Assembly (NCBI GenBank): GCA_016708765.1
Contig: JADJFD010000001.1
Coordinates: 179,626-243,625, forward strand
Length of the DNA: 64,000 nt
From: Chitinophagaceae bacterium
Lineage (GTDB): Bacteria; Bacteroidota; Bacteroidia; Chitinophagales; Chitinophagaceae
Reading direction: 5' to 3'
A model generated the notes under the pieces. It did not search any database. It was given only the letters and a program-made list of their open reading frames with translations, and was not told where the DNA came from. Positions 50,888-60,793 of this stretch are shown in pieces. The position numbers and the translations under genes were made by a program. Position 1 is the first letter of the stretch; every line of letters starts with the position of its first letter.

Positions 50888-51316
50888 ATGTCTGAACAAA
50901 ATTTTAAGAATCATACCCGCCTAGTACCAAACTATCATTTTATCGGAGGTTTATTATTGCTGCTAGGTTTTGGAGGAAGTATTGTCAATCTCCTTCAAGC
51001 AGATGCTCATACTCATTATTCAGCTGCTCTGTTAGTAGTTGTTTTTATAATTCTAATAATCATTTTCTGGTATGCCAGAGTTTTTGCTTTAAAGGCACAA
51101 GACAGAGCTATTAGAGCTGAAGAAAATTTCCGTCATTTTGTATTAACTGGAAAACCGTTTGACAAGGAATTAAGAATGGGACAAATTATTGCCCTTCGCT
51201 TTGCAAGTGATGAAGAGTTTGTTGCATTAGCAAAAAGAGCAGTGGATGAAAAAATGAGTCAGAAACAAATTAAAGAAGCCGTACAAAACTGGAGAGCTGA
51301 CCACAACAGGGTTTAA
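50888..51316 (+). CDS. Small membrane protein (DUF6526-like)
   Basis: Likely start MSEQNFKNH; two TMs; QDRAIRAEE, ALRFASDEE, WRADH. Confidence 0.7.
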   Translation: MSEQNFKNHTRLVPNYHFIGGLLLLLGFGGSIVNLLQADAHTHYSAALLVVVFIILIIIFWYARVFALKAQDRAIRAEENFRHFVLTGKPFDKELRMGQIIALRFASDEEFVALAKRAVDEKMSQKQIKEAVQNWRADHNRV

Positions 51317-52353
51317 AGTCCAAATTGCCGTAAAAAAGGAATATCCATTTTTAAAAGCCATGGTGATGCGATGGCTGCAATCCAGATAAGAAAGATTAAA
51401 ATTTTTCCGGCAATGGACATATCCTGTATCAAATGGCGATGTAACAAGTTTTGTATTGTTGTCATTATTTTTTCTTCTTTTTCATCGTATTCAAATGGCG
51501 GTGCAGGGTTTACATCTTTAAAGGGAGGATAATCTTCGATCAAAATATTTCTAATTTTCCAGTAGTCTTCATCAGGTAGGTCTTCATATTCTAGATCAGT
51601 ATTGATGCCTTCTTCCTCAATTCTCTTTTCTAAAGATGAAATGTTTTTTTCGCCAAACATTCTTAATAACATCATTGCAGGAAAAATTAATAACACATAG
51701 AAAGGAATGGCGATAGCCGCCCAGCATAAAATGCCTATTGATAGAAAAATGAAGAATTTACTCCATCTGCTTTCTTCATTTAGAAAAACCCTGTTTAATA
51801 ATTGGCCGCCATCTAATGGGTAAATAGGGAAGAGGTTAATCAGATTTAGAATAATAAACAGAAAAGCAATTTGGGAGTATGAAATTTTTAAGATTGAGTA
51901 CCCTGCGCCATTTTGATCTATCAAGTAAAGAATTATCCCAATAATTATTCCCGGCAATGGACCTGCCAGCAATATTACTGCTGATTGCTTTTGAGAAACC
52001 TCCCGTTTACTTCCTGAAACATATGCACCTAACAATGGAATAAAAAAAATACCCAGATCGTTATACTTGAAAAATTTCATCGCAAAAAAATGTCCCAGTT
52101 CATGTATCATTACAATGGCGGTAATTAACAATAGAATTTCCCACTGCTTAAAAATATAATAGCCAAGTGCAAGATATAAAGCAAGGCTGATGATAGATTT
52201 CATCCACACATTTTCGGGTTGATGCTGCTTTCGGTATTTTGAAGGATAAATAATAGTTTCATTGGTCTCCATTTCTGGCGATACATGTTGTTTTTCCAAT
52301 CCGTCTTCGAAATTATCCATCAGTTTAATTAAAATAGGGTTGAAGTTTTTCAA
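51313..52353 (-). CDS. Site-2 protease (M50) family membrane protein
   Basis: IHELGH, LAGPLPG, NLFPIYPLDGG. Confidence 0.88.
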   Translation of the reverse strand: MKNFNPILIKLMDNFEDGLEKQHVSPEMETNETIIYPSKYRKQHQPENVWMKSIISLALYLALGYYIFKQWEILLLITAIVMIHELGHFFAMKFFKYNDLGIFFIPLLGAYVSGSKREVSQKQSAVILLAGPLPGIIIGIILYLIDQNGAGYSILKISYSQIAFLFIILNLINLFPIYPLDGGQLLNRVFLNEESRWSKFFIFLSIGILCWAAIAIPFYVLLIFPAMMLLRMFGEKNISSLEKRIEEEGINTDLEYEDLPDEDYWKIRNILIEDYPPFKDVNPAPPFEYDEKEEKIMTTIQNLLHRHLIQDMSIAGKILIFLIWIAAIASPWLLKMDIPFLRQFGL

Positions 52354-52735
52354 GTATCGGCAAAGGCATAGTTGTACGTTTCATTCTGTTAGCTTCCATA
52401 AAATATAAAATGATCTTTCCAGTTACCAGCAATTCGTTTGCTTCATTATAAACTTCATGGTGGAATTCTATTTTGTGATGTATTGGAAGTTCTTTCAATA
52501 TTGTTTTCACCGTTAGTAGGTCATCATACTTTGCCGGTCGAAGGTAGTGGCAATGTACATCAACAACTGGCATTATAATGCCCATCTTTTCCATGTCTGA
52601 ATAGGTATATCCTAATTCTCTGATTGCTTCTGCTCTAGACGATTCAAAATAAGGAATATAGTTGCCATGATATACAACTCCCATCTGGTCTGTTTCGGCA
52701 TAGCGAACCCTGATTTGCGTTTCGGTAGTAAACAT
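52325..52735 (-). CDS. Acyl-CoA thioesterase (YbgC/FadM hot-dog family)
   Basis: VRYAETDQMGVVYHGNY, YLRPAKYDD. Confidence 0.92.
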   Translation of the reverse strand: MFTTETQIRVRYAETDQMGVVYHGNYIPYFESSRAEAIRELGYTYSDMEKMGIIMPVVDVHCHYLRPAKYDDLLTVKTILKELPIHHKIEFHHEVYNEANELLVTGKIILYFMEANRMKRTTMPLPILEKLQPYFN

Positions 52736-52751
52736 TTTTCTAAACTAAGGA

Positions 52752-53159
52752 TTATTTTCCTATCAACCTGTCGGCACTTATTTTCCCCGGACCAGCTAAT
52801 AAAATGATAAGATAACCGGCTAGGAATAGTGCTGCTGTTTCACCATCGCCAAATATTTGTCCTTTATGTGCAATGAATAATGCCACTGACATGGTAATAA
52901 TTAATGGTATAGTAGCTAAACGGGTAAGTAGACCTAAAACAAGTAATCCTGCACAAAAGAATTCTGCAAATATCACCATCGACATGGAAGCTGGACCGCC
53001 AATACCAAACGGATCGGTAAATCCGGAAGACTTGTTGGCAAAGTTTAAAAGTTTTTTATAGCCATGCGGAATCATGAGACCACCTACGGCAAGTCTGAGT
53101 AATAATAATGAAAGCGAAATAGAACGATCTGAATATTTTGTAGTGAATAGTTTTTTCAT
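52752..53159 (-). CDS. DoxX-family membrane protein
   Basis: LLRLAVG...HGYKKL, AEFFCAGLLVLGLLTR, GPGKISAD. Confidence 0.9.
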   Translation of the reverse strand: MKKLFTTKYSDRSISLSLLLLRLAVGGLMIPHGYKKLLNFANKSSGFTDPFGIGGPASMSMVIFAEFFCAGLLVLGLLTRLATIPLIITMSVALFIAHKGQIFGDGETAALFLAGYLIILLAGPGKISADRLIGK

Positions 53160-53395
53160 GGGTATTTTTTTTGAATTGCAATATTAAGTAAAAGCGAAGA
53201 GGAATGATTCATATTATTATTTTCGAGGGAAATGGGTACTGTAAAGACAATGAAATGTTAAACCATTCTCAATAAGACACTTATCCACATATGTTTGGAA
53301 TGATGTTTGGTTTCACTTGAAATAATTTGAATATTCGCAACGTTTACTGATTATCCCCAAATTTTTCGGGGCCACCGGTTTAAAGGACAAAATCA

Positions 53396-56300
53396 ATGAA
53401 GAATCTAAGTTTACTGATAATTTGTATTGCTATCGGCCAAGCCGTCATTTCCCAACAAACCCGTTACTACACTGATTCCGACGAAAAATTTAAGGAAGCA
53501 AAAGAATATTTCCAGAAAGAGAAGTATAGTCTTGCTTATCCTTTATTGAAGGAATTAAGACAAGATATCCGGGAAACCAATAAAGCAAATCAACCGATTG
53601 TTGTACAGGAAATAAATTACTATGCTATTGTTTGTGCATTAAAGCAAAATGAAGGAAGGGCAGAAGAAGAGGCGCAGCAGTATATTGATGTAGAAAAAAA
53701 CAATGCCAGAGTGCAGATGATGAATTATCACTTGGCAGAATATTATTTCCGTACTGAAAAGTTTGAAGATGCGATCCGCTATTATGAGCAGGCCAATATC
53801 TCAAACCTCAGCAATAAGGAAATTGCTGATATGAGTTTTCATCAAGGTTATGCTTATTTCAATTTGCAAAATTTTGCAAAAGCAAAACCTTTGTTCAATA
53901 GCATTCGTTCCACGAAGGACGATCCTAATTATATGGATGCTAATTATTATTATGGTTTCCTTGCTTTCAGAGATAAGCAGTATGGCGAAGCATTGGAAAG
54001 TTTTAGAGTTGTAGAAAACGAAAAGAACTACAACACAGTTGTTCCTTATTATATAGCACAGATATATTATATACAAGGAAAAAAGGATGAAGCCATCACT
54101 TATATACAGAACAAGCTACAATCGGGTAGCAGTTCTCAGTATTACGATCTTGAATTAAAGCAGTTGATTGGTCATGCATATTTTGAAAAGAAAGAATATG
54201 CAAAAGCATTGCCTTATCTGGAAGATTATGTAGGTCGTTCCAAAAAAGTTCGTCGGGAAGATTTGTATGAACTTTCTTACAGTTATTATCAGGCCAATAA
54301 TCTTACCAAAGCGATTGATGGATTTAAACAATTAAGTGGTAAAGATGATTCTATAAGCCAGCATTCTATGTATTTGCTGGGTGATGCATATTTGAAGACT
54401 GGTCAAAAAGCAAATGCAAGAAATGCATTTTTGTTTTGTTCTTCCAACAGCAGCTATCCGGAACAAAAAGAGATTTCTAAATATCAATATGCAAAACTGT
54501 CTTACGAATTGGGCTATCAGGATGAAGCGTTGAACAGCTTAAGTTCTTTTTTGGCTGATTATCCAAACTCTACTTACAATAATGAAGCAAAAGAGCTTTT
54601 AGTAGATGTACTGGCAAATACTAATAATTACAAAGATGCTCAGGCTTTACTCGAAAGTTTAAGCAAGCCATCAGAAAATGCAAAGCGATTATATCCAAGA
54701 ATATTATACGGTCGAGCCACAGAATTTATTAGTGATGGTCAATTGAATGAAGCAGATGTATTACTGAGCAAAGTGATGAATGACAAATACAATGGTTCTG
54801 TTTTGCCATTCACACATTTTTGGAAAGGAGAAATTGGTTATCGTAATAACAAACTGGATACAGCGATTAAATATTACCAACTTTATGCAAACTCAAATAC
54901 ACCTACAAGTGGAGAGGCGAATATCAATAATGTTAGATATAACCTTGGTTATTCTTATCTAAGAAAAGAGAACTATTCCGTTGCTTTATCTTATTTCGAA
55001 CCGCTTGGAAGAGGTGCGGCGTTAAGTTCAAGTGCATTTGTGCAAGATGCCTATATCCGCACAGCAGATTGTCATTATATGCAGAAAGATTATACAAAGG
55101 CAAAAGCCATGTATGATAATGTAATTAAATATTCATGGCCTGCGGAAGATTATGCAACATTTCAGAATGCAATGCTTGCAGGTGTAAGAAGTTCTACTGA
55201 AAAGATTTCTTTGATGAATACAATGATCAGGAAGTTCCCTAACTCTTCTTTGGTAACAGATGCGAATATGGAAGTTGCTAAAACATATATGAGTAATGAA
55301 AGATTCCGTGAGGCGTTACCTTATTTAACAGCAGTAACAAAAACAACTGGCAATACGAGTCTAGTACCACAGGCTTATCTTAAATTGGGAACAGCTTATT
55401 TTAACCTAAAAAAGTAATCAGGAGGCACTAGCTCAGTTTAAAACGTTGGTAGAAAAATATCCTAATTCGCAGGAAGCAGATGATGCATTGGATATTATCA
55501 GAGTTATTTATATAGAAGATTCCAAGCCAGATGAATATGCAGCTTATATGCGTTCCGTGGGAAAACCGTTAAGTGTTAGTACAGAAGACTCACTTACGTA
55601 TGCAGCAGCAGAAAAACAATATGATGACCAAAAGATAAATGAAGCCTTAGCAAGTTTCAATGGCTATTTACAAAAATTTCCTAATGGTTCATATGCATTG
55701 GATGCAAATTTCAATAGAGCAGAAATTTATTATACAAAGAAAGACTGGGCAAATTCATTGGTTGGCTATGAGAATGTAGCAGTAAATGCACCAAACAGAT
55801 ATGCAGAAAGAGCGGTGCTTGCTGCAGCAAGAATTAATTTCTTCGAATTAAAAGATTATACAAAAGCAGAAGATTATTTCATTCAGCTAAAAGAAATAAC
55901 AGGTAGTCAGGAAATAAAATTGGAAGCGATGCGTGGTTTGTTACGTTCGCAATATCAGTTAAAGAAATGGACAGAAGCTGCTGCCAATGCAAAAGAGTTG
56001 ACAGAAGCAAAAGGAAGCAGTGCTGATGATAAGACATTGGCGAATATGACGATTGCAAAATCGTTCCAAGTGTCTGGCGAATTTGATCAGGCAATTACAA
56101 GTTATAAGTCGGTGGTGCAATTAAACAAAGCTGCAATGGCGGCAGAAGCCAGATATGAGATTGCTAGTTGCTGGCTTAGTCTGAACAAATTAAGCGATGC
56201 TGAAAAAGCCGCATTTGAAACAATCAATAAATCAGGGTCATATGACTATTGGGTAACGAAAGCATATATTCTTTTGGGAGATATTTATTTCAAACAAAAA

Positions 56301-56435
56301 GATTATTTCAATGCAAAAGCTACATTCCAAAGTGTTGTAGATAATACTACGGATGCTGAATTAAAAGCAGAAGCACAGTCAAAATTGGATCAGGTAACAG
56401 TAGAAGAAGGTAAATCAAGCAAGGTTAATAATTAA
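53396..56435 (+). CDS. Large TPR-repeat protein, frameshifted near 55408-55415
   Basis: Continuous TPR pattern across both ORFs. Removing one A from the A6 run gives YFNLKSNQEALAQFKTLVEKYPNS, joining the two ORFs. Confidence 0.85.
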
Positions 56436-56479
56436 ACCCCAACCTCCCGAAAATTCGGGACAGGCTCTAAAGGGGCTTT
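56436..56479. repeat. Nested palindromic repeat in the TPR-gene / outer-membrane-gene spacer
   Basis: Outer ccccaac...ctctaaaggggcttt with inner tcccgaa-aa-ttcggga-cagg. Confidence 0.7.
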
Positions 56480-56524
56480 AAATACGTTTTGAATAGAAAT
56501 TGTAATTCGGAATAAATAGTAATA

Positions 56525-58180
56525 ATGAAGAAGCAAATTTTTAAAATACTTTTACTGGCAACAGGCATTTTATCTTTTGGAATTATAAATGCTCAAAAAG
56601 ATACATCTGGTAAAGGCGGTGTTGAAATTATATCAGCATTTAAACCAATTCTAAGAGAAGCGGCAAAAATTAATTTCAATCCTACACCTCCGCCAGCAGA
56701 CGATACAAAGCCAAAGCTTACGTATGATATTCCTAATCAGAATCTTGCATTTGCCTATCAGCCTGGTTCTTTAAAGCCATTGGCGTTGGATATTGATTCA
56801 GTAGGACGTTTTGATAATAGCAACTACATCAAAGCAGGTTTCGGTAGTTTAAGAACTCCGTTTGTGCAAGCAGGTTTTTCTTTTGGCGATGGCGAAACTG
56901 CCGGACTTAATATCTATGCAAAGCATGTTGGCTCTGATGGTAAAAGAGAGTTTCAGAAATTCAGTAATACAAATGTGAAGTTATCTGGCTATTTCAGATC
57001 AGGAAATAACTTAGAATGGAATGCAGGGATTGGTATGAAACAAGAAAGAATGTATAAATATGGTTACGAACCACAAACACTTTCTTTTTCTAATGATTCA
57101 TTGAAACAAAACTTCCAGACTATATCTGCAAGAGTTGGTTTTCATAATATCAACAAAACAGAGTTTGGATTAACCTATTCTCCTGAAGTAAAAATTGATG
57201 TATTCAGCGATGATTTTAAAAATTCTGAAAGCAATACAGTTGTAAATCTTCCGCTTCAAAAAACATTAGGTAAAGAATGGGTTATTAATCTTGGGGTAAC
57301 GTTTGATCTTACCCGTCTCTCTCCAAAAAATAAAACGGCGTTGAATAACACTATGTATTATATATCACCATCGGTGCTGTATAAATCATCAAATATCAAT
57401 GCACAGATCGGTATCAGGCCTTCATGGGATAACAAGAGTTTTAAAATGTTCCCAAATGTATTGGCAGATATTAATACAGAAGATCGCCGCTTTACTTTTC
57501 AGGCAGGGTGGACAGGCTATATCCGAAAAACCACTTATATGTACCTGGCGGGAGAAAATCCGTGGTTATTTATTCCTGATCAATTAAAGAATACATGGAT
57601 TGAAGAACGGTTTGCAGGGTTTAAGGGTTCTGTTGGAGATCATTTCACCTATGCTGCTAAAGTGGGATTCAACAAACTAAATAATCAACCATTGTTTGTA
57701 AATGATACATTAACTGCTTTGGGTGGAAAATCTTTCCGTGTGGTGAACGAAAGTAAAATGAATGTGGTGAATTTTGGTGGGGAATTAGGTTTTAATATCC
57801 ATGAAAAGTTTTCAATAATTACAGGAGTTACTTTCAATCAGTTTTCTGGCTTGCAAGATAATGCTAAAGCCTATGGGCTAATTCCGCTGGAACTGAAAGC
57901 AGCTATGCGTTTACAGATCATAAAAGATCTTTGGTTAAAAACAGATTTGTTTGCCTGGGATGGTGCAAGGTATCAACTTAAGGATGGCACTCCCGGAAAA
58001 TTAGAAGGTGCAATAGATTTAAGTGCTGGACTTGAGTTTAAAATAACCAAGAACATAAATCTTTGGACGCAATTCAACAACGTTTTCAATAAAGAATATC
58101 GGCGTTGGAACCAATATCCTGTATATGGGTTCAACTTTGTCGGGGGAGTCGTATTTTCGTTTGACCAAAAGACGAAATAA
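56525..58180 (+). CDS. Outer-membrane beta-barrel protein (TonB-dependent-receptor-like)
   Basis: Signal peptide, amphipathic strands, FNNVFNKEYRRWNQYPVYGFNFVGGVVFSF near the C-terminus. Confidence 0.75.
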   Translation: MKKQIFKILLLATGILSFGIINAQKDTSGKGGVEIISAFKPILREAAKINFNPTPPPADDTKPKLTYDIPNQNLAFAYQPGSLKPLALDIDSVGRFDNSNYIKAGFGSLRTPFVQAGFSFGDGETAGLNIYAKHVGSDGKREFQKFSNTNVKLSGYFRSGNNLEWNAGIGMKQERMYKYGYEPQTLSFSNDSLKQNFQTISARVGFHNINKTEFGLTYSPEVKIDVFSDDFKNSESNTVVNLPLQKTLGKEWVINLGVTFDLTRLSPKNKTALNNTMYYISPSVLYKSSNINAQIGIRPSWDNKSFKMFPNVLADINTEDRRFTFQAGWTGYIRKTTYMYLAGENPWLFIPDQLKNTWIEERFAGFKGSVGDHFTYAAKVGFNKLNNQPLFVNDTLTALGGKSFRVVNESKMNVVNFGGELGFNIHEKFSIITGVTFNQFSGLQDNAKAYGLIPLELKAAMRLQIIKDLWLKTDLFAWDGARYQLKDGTPGKLEGAIDLSAGLEFKITKNINLWTQFNNVFNKEYRRWNQYPVYGFNFVGGVVFSFDQKTK

Positions 58181-58734
58181 TGTACGCTGAACTTTATAGC
58201 TATCTCATTTTACATAAAAATTTACCAGTGCCGGGCATCGGCACTTTTTTATTGCAAAGACATTCCGCTGTTGCAGATTTTCCTAATAGAAAGATTTTAC
58301 CGCCCTCTTATAGCGTTGCATTCGATAGTAAAGAACAAACTCCGGCAATGAGTTTTTATAAATGGCTTAGTCAGGCTTTATCATCATCCGATCATGAGGC
58401 TGTAACAAGATTTAATGATTTTGCTTTCAATCTGAAAAATCAATTGGCAAATGGTGATATCATTAACTGGAATGATGTAGGAACGATAAGCAAAGGCTTA
58501 GGTGGCGAAGTGAAATTTATTCCACAGGAAAAGATAGTGCTGGAACAACCAGTGGCTGCAGAAAAAGTGGAAAAAAAATCGCTTTGGTGGGCGGCTGCAG
58601 TAGTCATCGGGTTGATAGCAGTTGTTTTTTTGGGTTGGTACTTTTCTGAAAATGGAGTAGAAGTTACTTCTACTGCAAACAGTAAACAAGTAAGTCCAAT
58701 TGAATCAACAGCGACTTACAAGCTATTGCCTTAA
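58180..58734 (+). CDS. HU-like (HU-CCDC81-type) domain membrane protein
   Basis: LPVPGIGTF and VGTISKG HU-like motifs; TM WWAAAVVIGLIAVVFLGWYF. Confidence 0.6.
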   Translation: MYAELYSYLILHKNLPVPGIGTFLLQRHSAVADFPNRKILPPSYSVAFDSKEQTPAMSFYKWLSQALSSSDHEAVTRFNDFAFNLKNQLANGDIINWNDVGTISKGLGGEVKFIPQEKIVLEQPVAAEKVEKKSLWWAAAVVIGLIAVVFLGWYFSENGVEVTSTANSKQVSPIESTATYKLLP

Positions 58735-58781
58735 TATCTTCTTTCTGATTAATCATTATCCATTTACTTTGCGAGTATAAA

Positions 58782-59699
58782 ATGTCACAACTTATACATT
58801 ATACTAATTGTCCGGCTTGCGGTGCTGAAGGATTAAAACCTATTCTTACTGCCAAAGATTATACTGTAAGTAGTGAATTATTCGTAATAGTTGAATGTAC
58901 AGCTTGCACACTTCGTTTTACGCAGGATGTGCCTAATATTGATTCCATCGGACCTTATTACAAATCGGAGAATTATATTTCACACACCAATACATCCAAA
59001 GGATTTATAAACAGCCTTTATCAATCAGTAAGAAAAAGAACACTGAAGCAGAAAAGAAAATTGATAGAGAAAACCACAGGATTAAAAACAGGAAATTTTT
59101 TAGATGTTGGTAGCGGCACCGGTGCATTTGCCAGCGAAATGAAACAGGCTGGTTGGCAGATAACAGGATTAGAGCCTGATGACGATGCAAGAAAAGTAGC
59201 TGTACAAATAAATAATGTTGATTTAAATAACATCAACCTGTTTTATGATTTGCCGGAAAATAGTTTTGATGCAATTACTATGTGGCATGTGTTGGAGCAT
59301 GTACATGATTTGCAAGGTTATATTACAAAGCTGAAATCCATATTAAAAGAGAATGGGAAACTATTTATAGCAGTGCCAAACTATACTTCTAAAGATGCTG
59401 CTATTTACCAAGAGCATTGGGCAGCATATGATGTGCCAAGGCATTTGTATCACTTCTCACCACAATCCATGAAAATACTGATTGAAAAGCATGGAATGAG
59501 AATTGAGCAGTACAAACCAATGTGGTACGATAGCTTTTATGTGTCGATGCTCAGTAGTAAATACAAGAATGCCCGCCTGTCGGATAGGCAGGGAAAATCA
59601 AATTTATTTGCTTCATTCTTTAATGGGCTACGTTCAAATAGTAAAGCACTAGGTAATGTACAGCGGTGTAGTTCGGTAATTTATATTATTGGAAAATAA
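58782..59699 (+). CDS. Class I SAM-dependent methyltransferase with N-terminal Cys motifs
   Basis: CPAC..CTAC, FLDVGSGTG, ITMWHVLEHV, AVPN, YDVPRHLYHF. Confidence 0.88.
   Translation: MSQLIHYTNCPACGAEGLKPILTAKDYTVSSELFVIVECTACTLRFTQDVPNIDSIGPYYKSENYISHTNTSKGFINSLYQSVRKRTLKQKRKLIEKTTGLKTGNFLDVGSGTGAFASEMKQAGWQITGLEPDDDARKVAVQINNVDLNNINLFYDLPENSFDAITMWHVLEHVHDLQGYITKLKSILKENGKLFIAVPNYTSKDAAIYQEHWAAYDVPRHLYHFSPQSMKILIEKHGMRIEQYKPMWYDSFYVSMLSSKYKNARLSDRQGKSNLFASFFNGLRSNSKALGNVQRCSSVIYIIGK
59572..59592. repeat. 21-nt palindrome inserted in frame in the methyltransferase
   Basis: cccgcctgtc-g-gataggcagg; exact removal turns YKNARLSDRQGKS into YKNGKS. Confidence 0.8.
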
Positions 59700-60488
59700 T
59701 TACTGACTAAACTGTACTTCATACAATTCAGGCCACAATTTTCCAGTGATATAAATTTTCTTTGTACTTGAATCATAGGCAATGCCATTGGGTACTTCAG
59801 CATGAGGATCTATTGCTTTAATTCTATCCCACATTCCTGTTAAATCTGCTTTTGCTATAATTTTTCCGTTGGTGGGATCAATTTTAAATATATATGGCAA
59901 TAGATATTGATTGGCATAAACATATCCATCAATATATTCAAGTTCGTTTAAGTTAAAGGAAGGATTACCTGATTCAGTTACTGTTTGTGTTTTTAATAAT
60001 TTGAAAGTTGATGGTTCGTAATAATTCAAATCGCTTCCGCCTGTACTTACAATAAGGTTTTTTCCATCATTGGTTAATCCCCATCCTTCAATATTTGCAT
60101 CAAACTCTTTTACTTTTTTGAAATCCTTTAATGTATAAACAAAAACCTTTTTCTCTTTCCAAGTAAGTTGATAAATTGTATCGTTTAGAATAGTAATACC
60201 TTCTCCAAAATATTTATCTGGAAGCGAAATTTGTTGCAAAGCTTTTCCGGTCTTTATATCCACTTTTTTCAATTTCGAAAAAGTATAATTGCCAGTGCCT
60301 TCATACATTTCGCCTTTGTAAATAAGCAAACCTTGTGTATAAGATGATGTATCATGCGGATAGCTGGTTATGATAGAATAGCTCATGCTTTTTGGAGCAT
60401 CGGGTAGAGGAGTAACTGGCCTTTTTGAGTCATCATTTTTACAGGCAATAGCAAAACATAGAATTCCAATCAATAAATACTGTTTCAT
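59700..60488 (-). CDS. Glutaminyl-peptide cyclotransferase (beta-propeller type), lipoprotein
   Basis: Lipobox IAC; YPHD..SYTQGL, YEGTG, YFGEGITI, EGWGLT, LNELEYIDG, NGIAYD, TGKLWP. Confidence 0.93.
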   Translation of the reverse strand: MKQYLLIGILCFAIACKNDDSKRPVTPLPDAPKSMSYSIITSYPHDTSSYTQGLLIYKGEMYEGTGNYTFSKLKKVDIKTGKALQQISLPDKYFGEGITILNDTIYQLTWKEKKVFVYTLKDFKKVKEFDANIEGWGLTNDGKNLIVSTGGSDLNYYEPSTFKLLKTQTVTESGNPSFNLNELEYIDGYVYANQYLLPYIFKIDPTNGKIIAKADLTGMWDRIKAIDPHAEVPNGIAYDSSTKKIYITGKLWPELYEVQFSQ

Positions 60489-60793
60489 TTTTTACTTTTA
60501 GCGGCACAAAAATAAGTGCTGATTTTCTTTTAAGCTGTTAAAGGTTATACTATTAACCTTCGTATGGGAAAACTACGATATAAAAACTTATTGTACAATC
60601 ACTTGTAAAATCAATTTTATGCTTTATATTTGAAACACACAATCCTTAACAAAGGAATTTTACAAGCGAAATCCTATCCCTGAATTGCCTTTTTAATCCC
60701 CAATTCCTTCATTTTTTATAGTTCCAAATTCCCGTGATCAGCACCTGGTAATTTTTTGTTGCCTTGATGTACCGACTAAGCAATTGAAAACTC

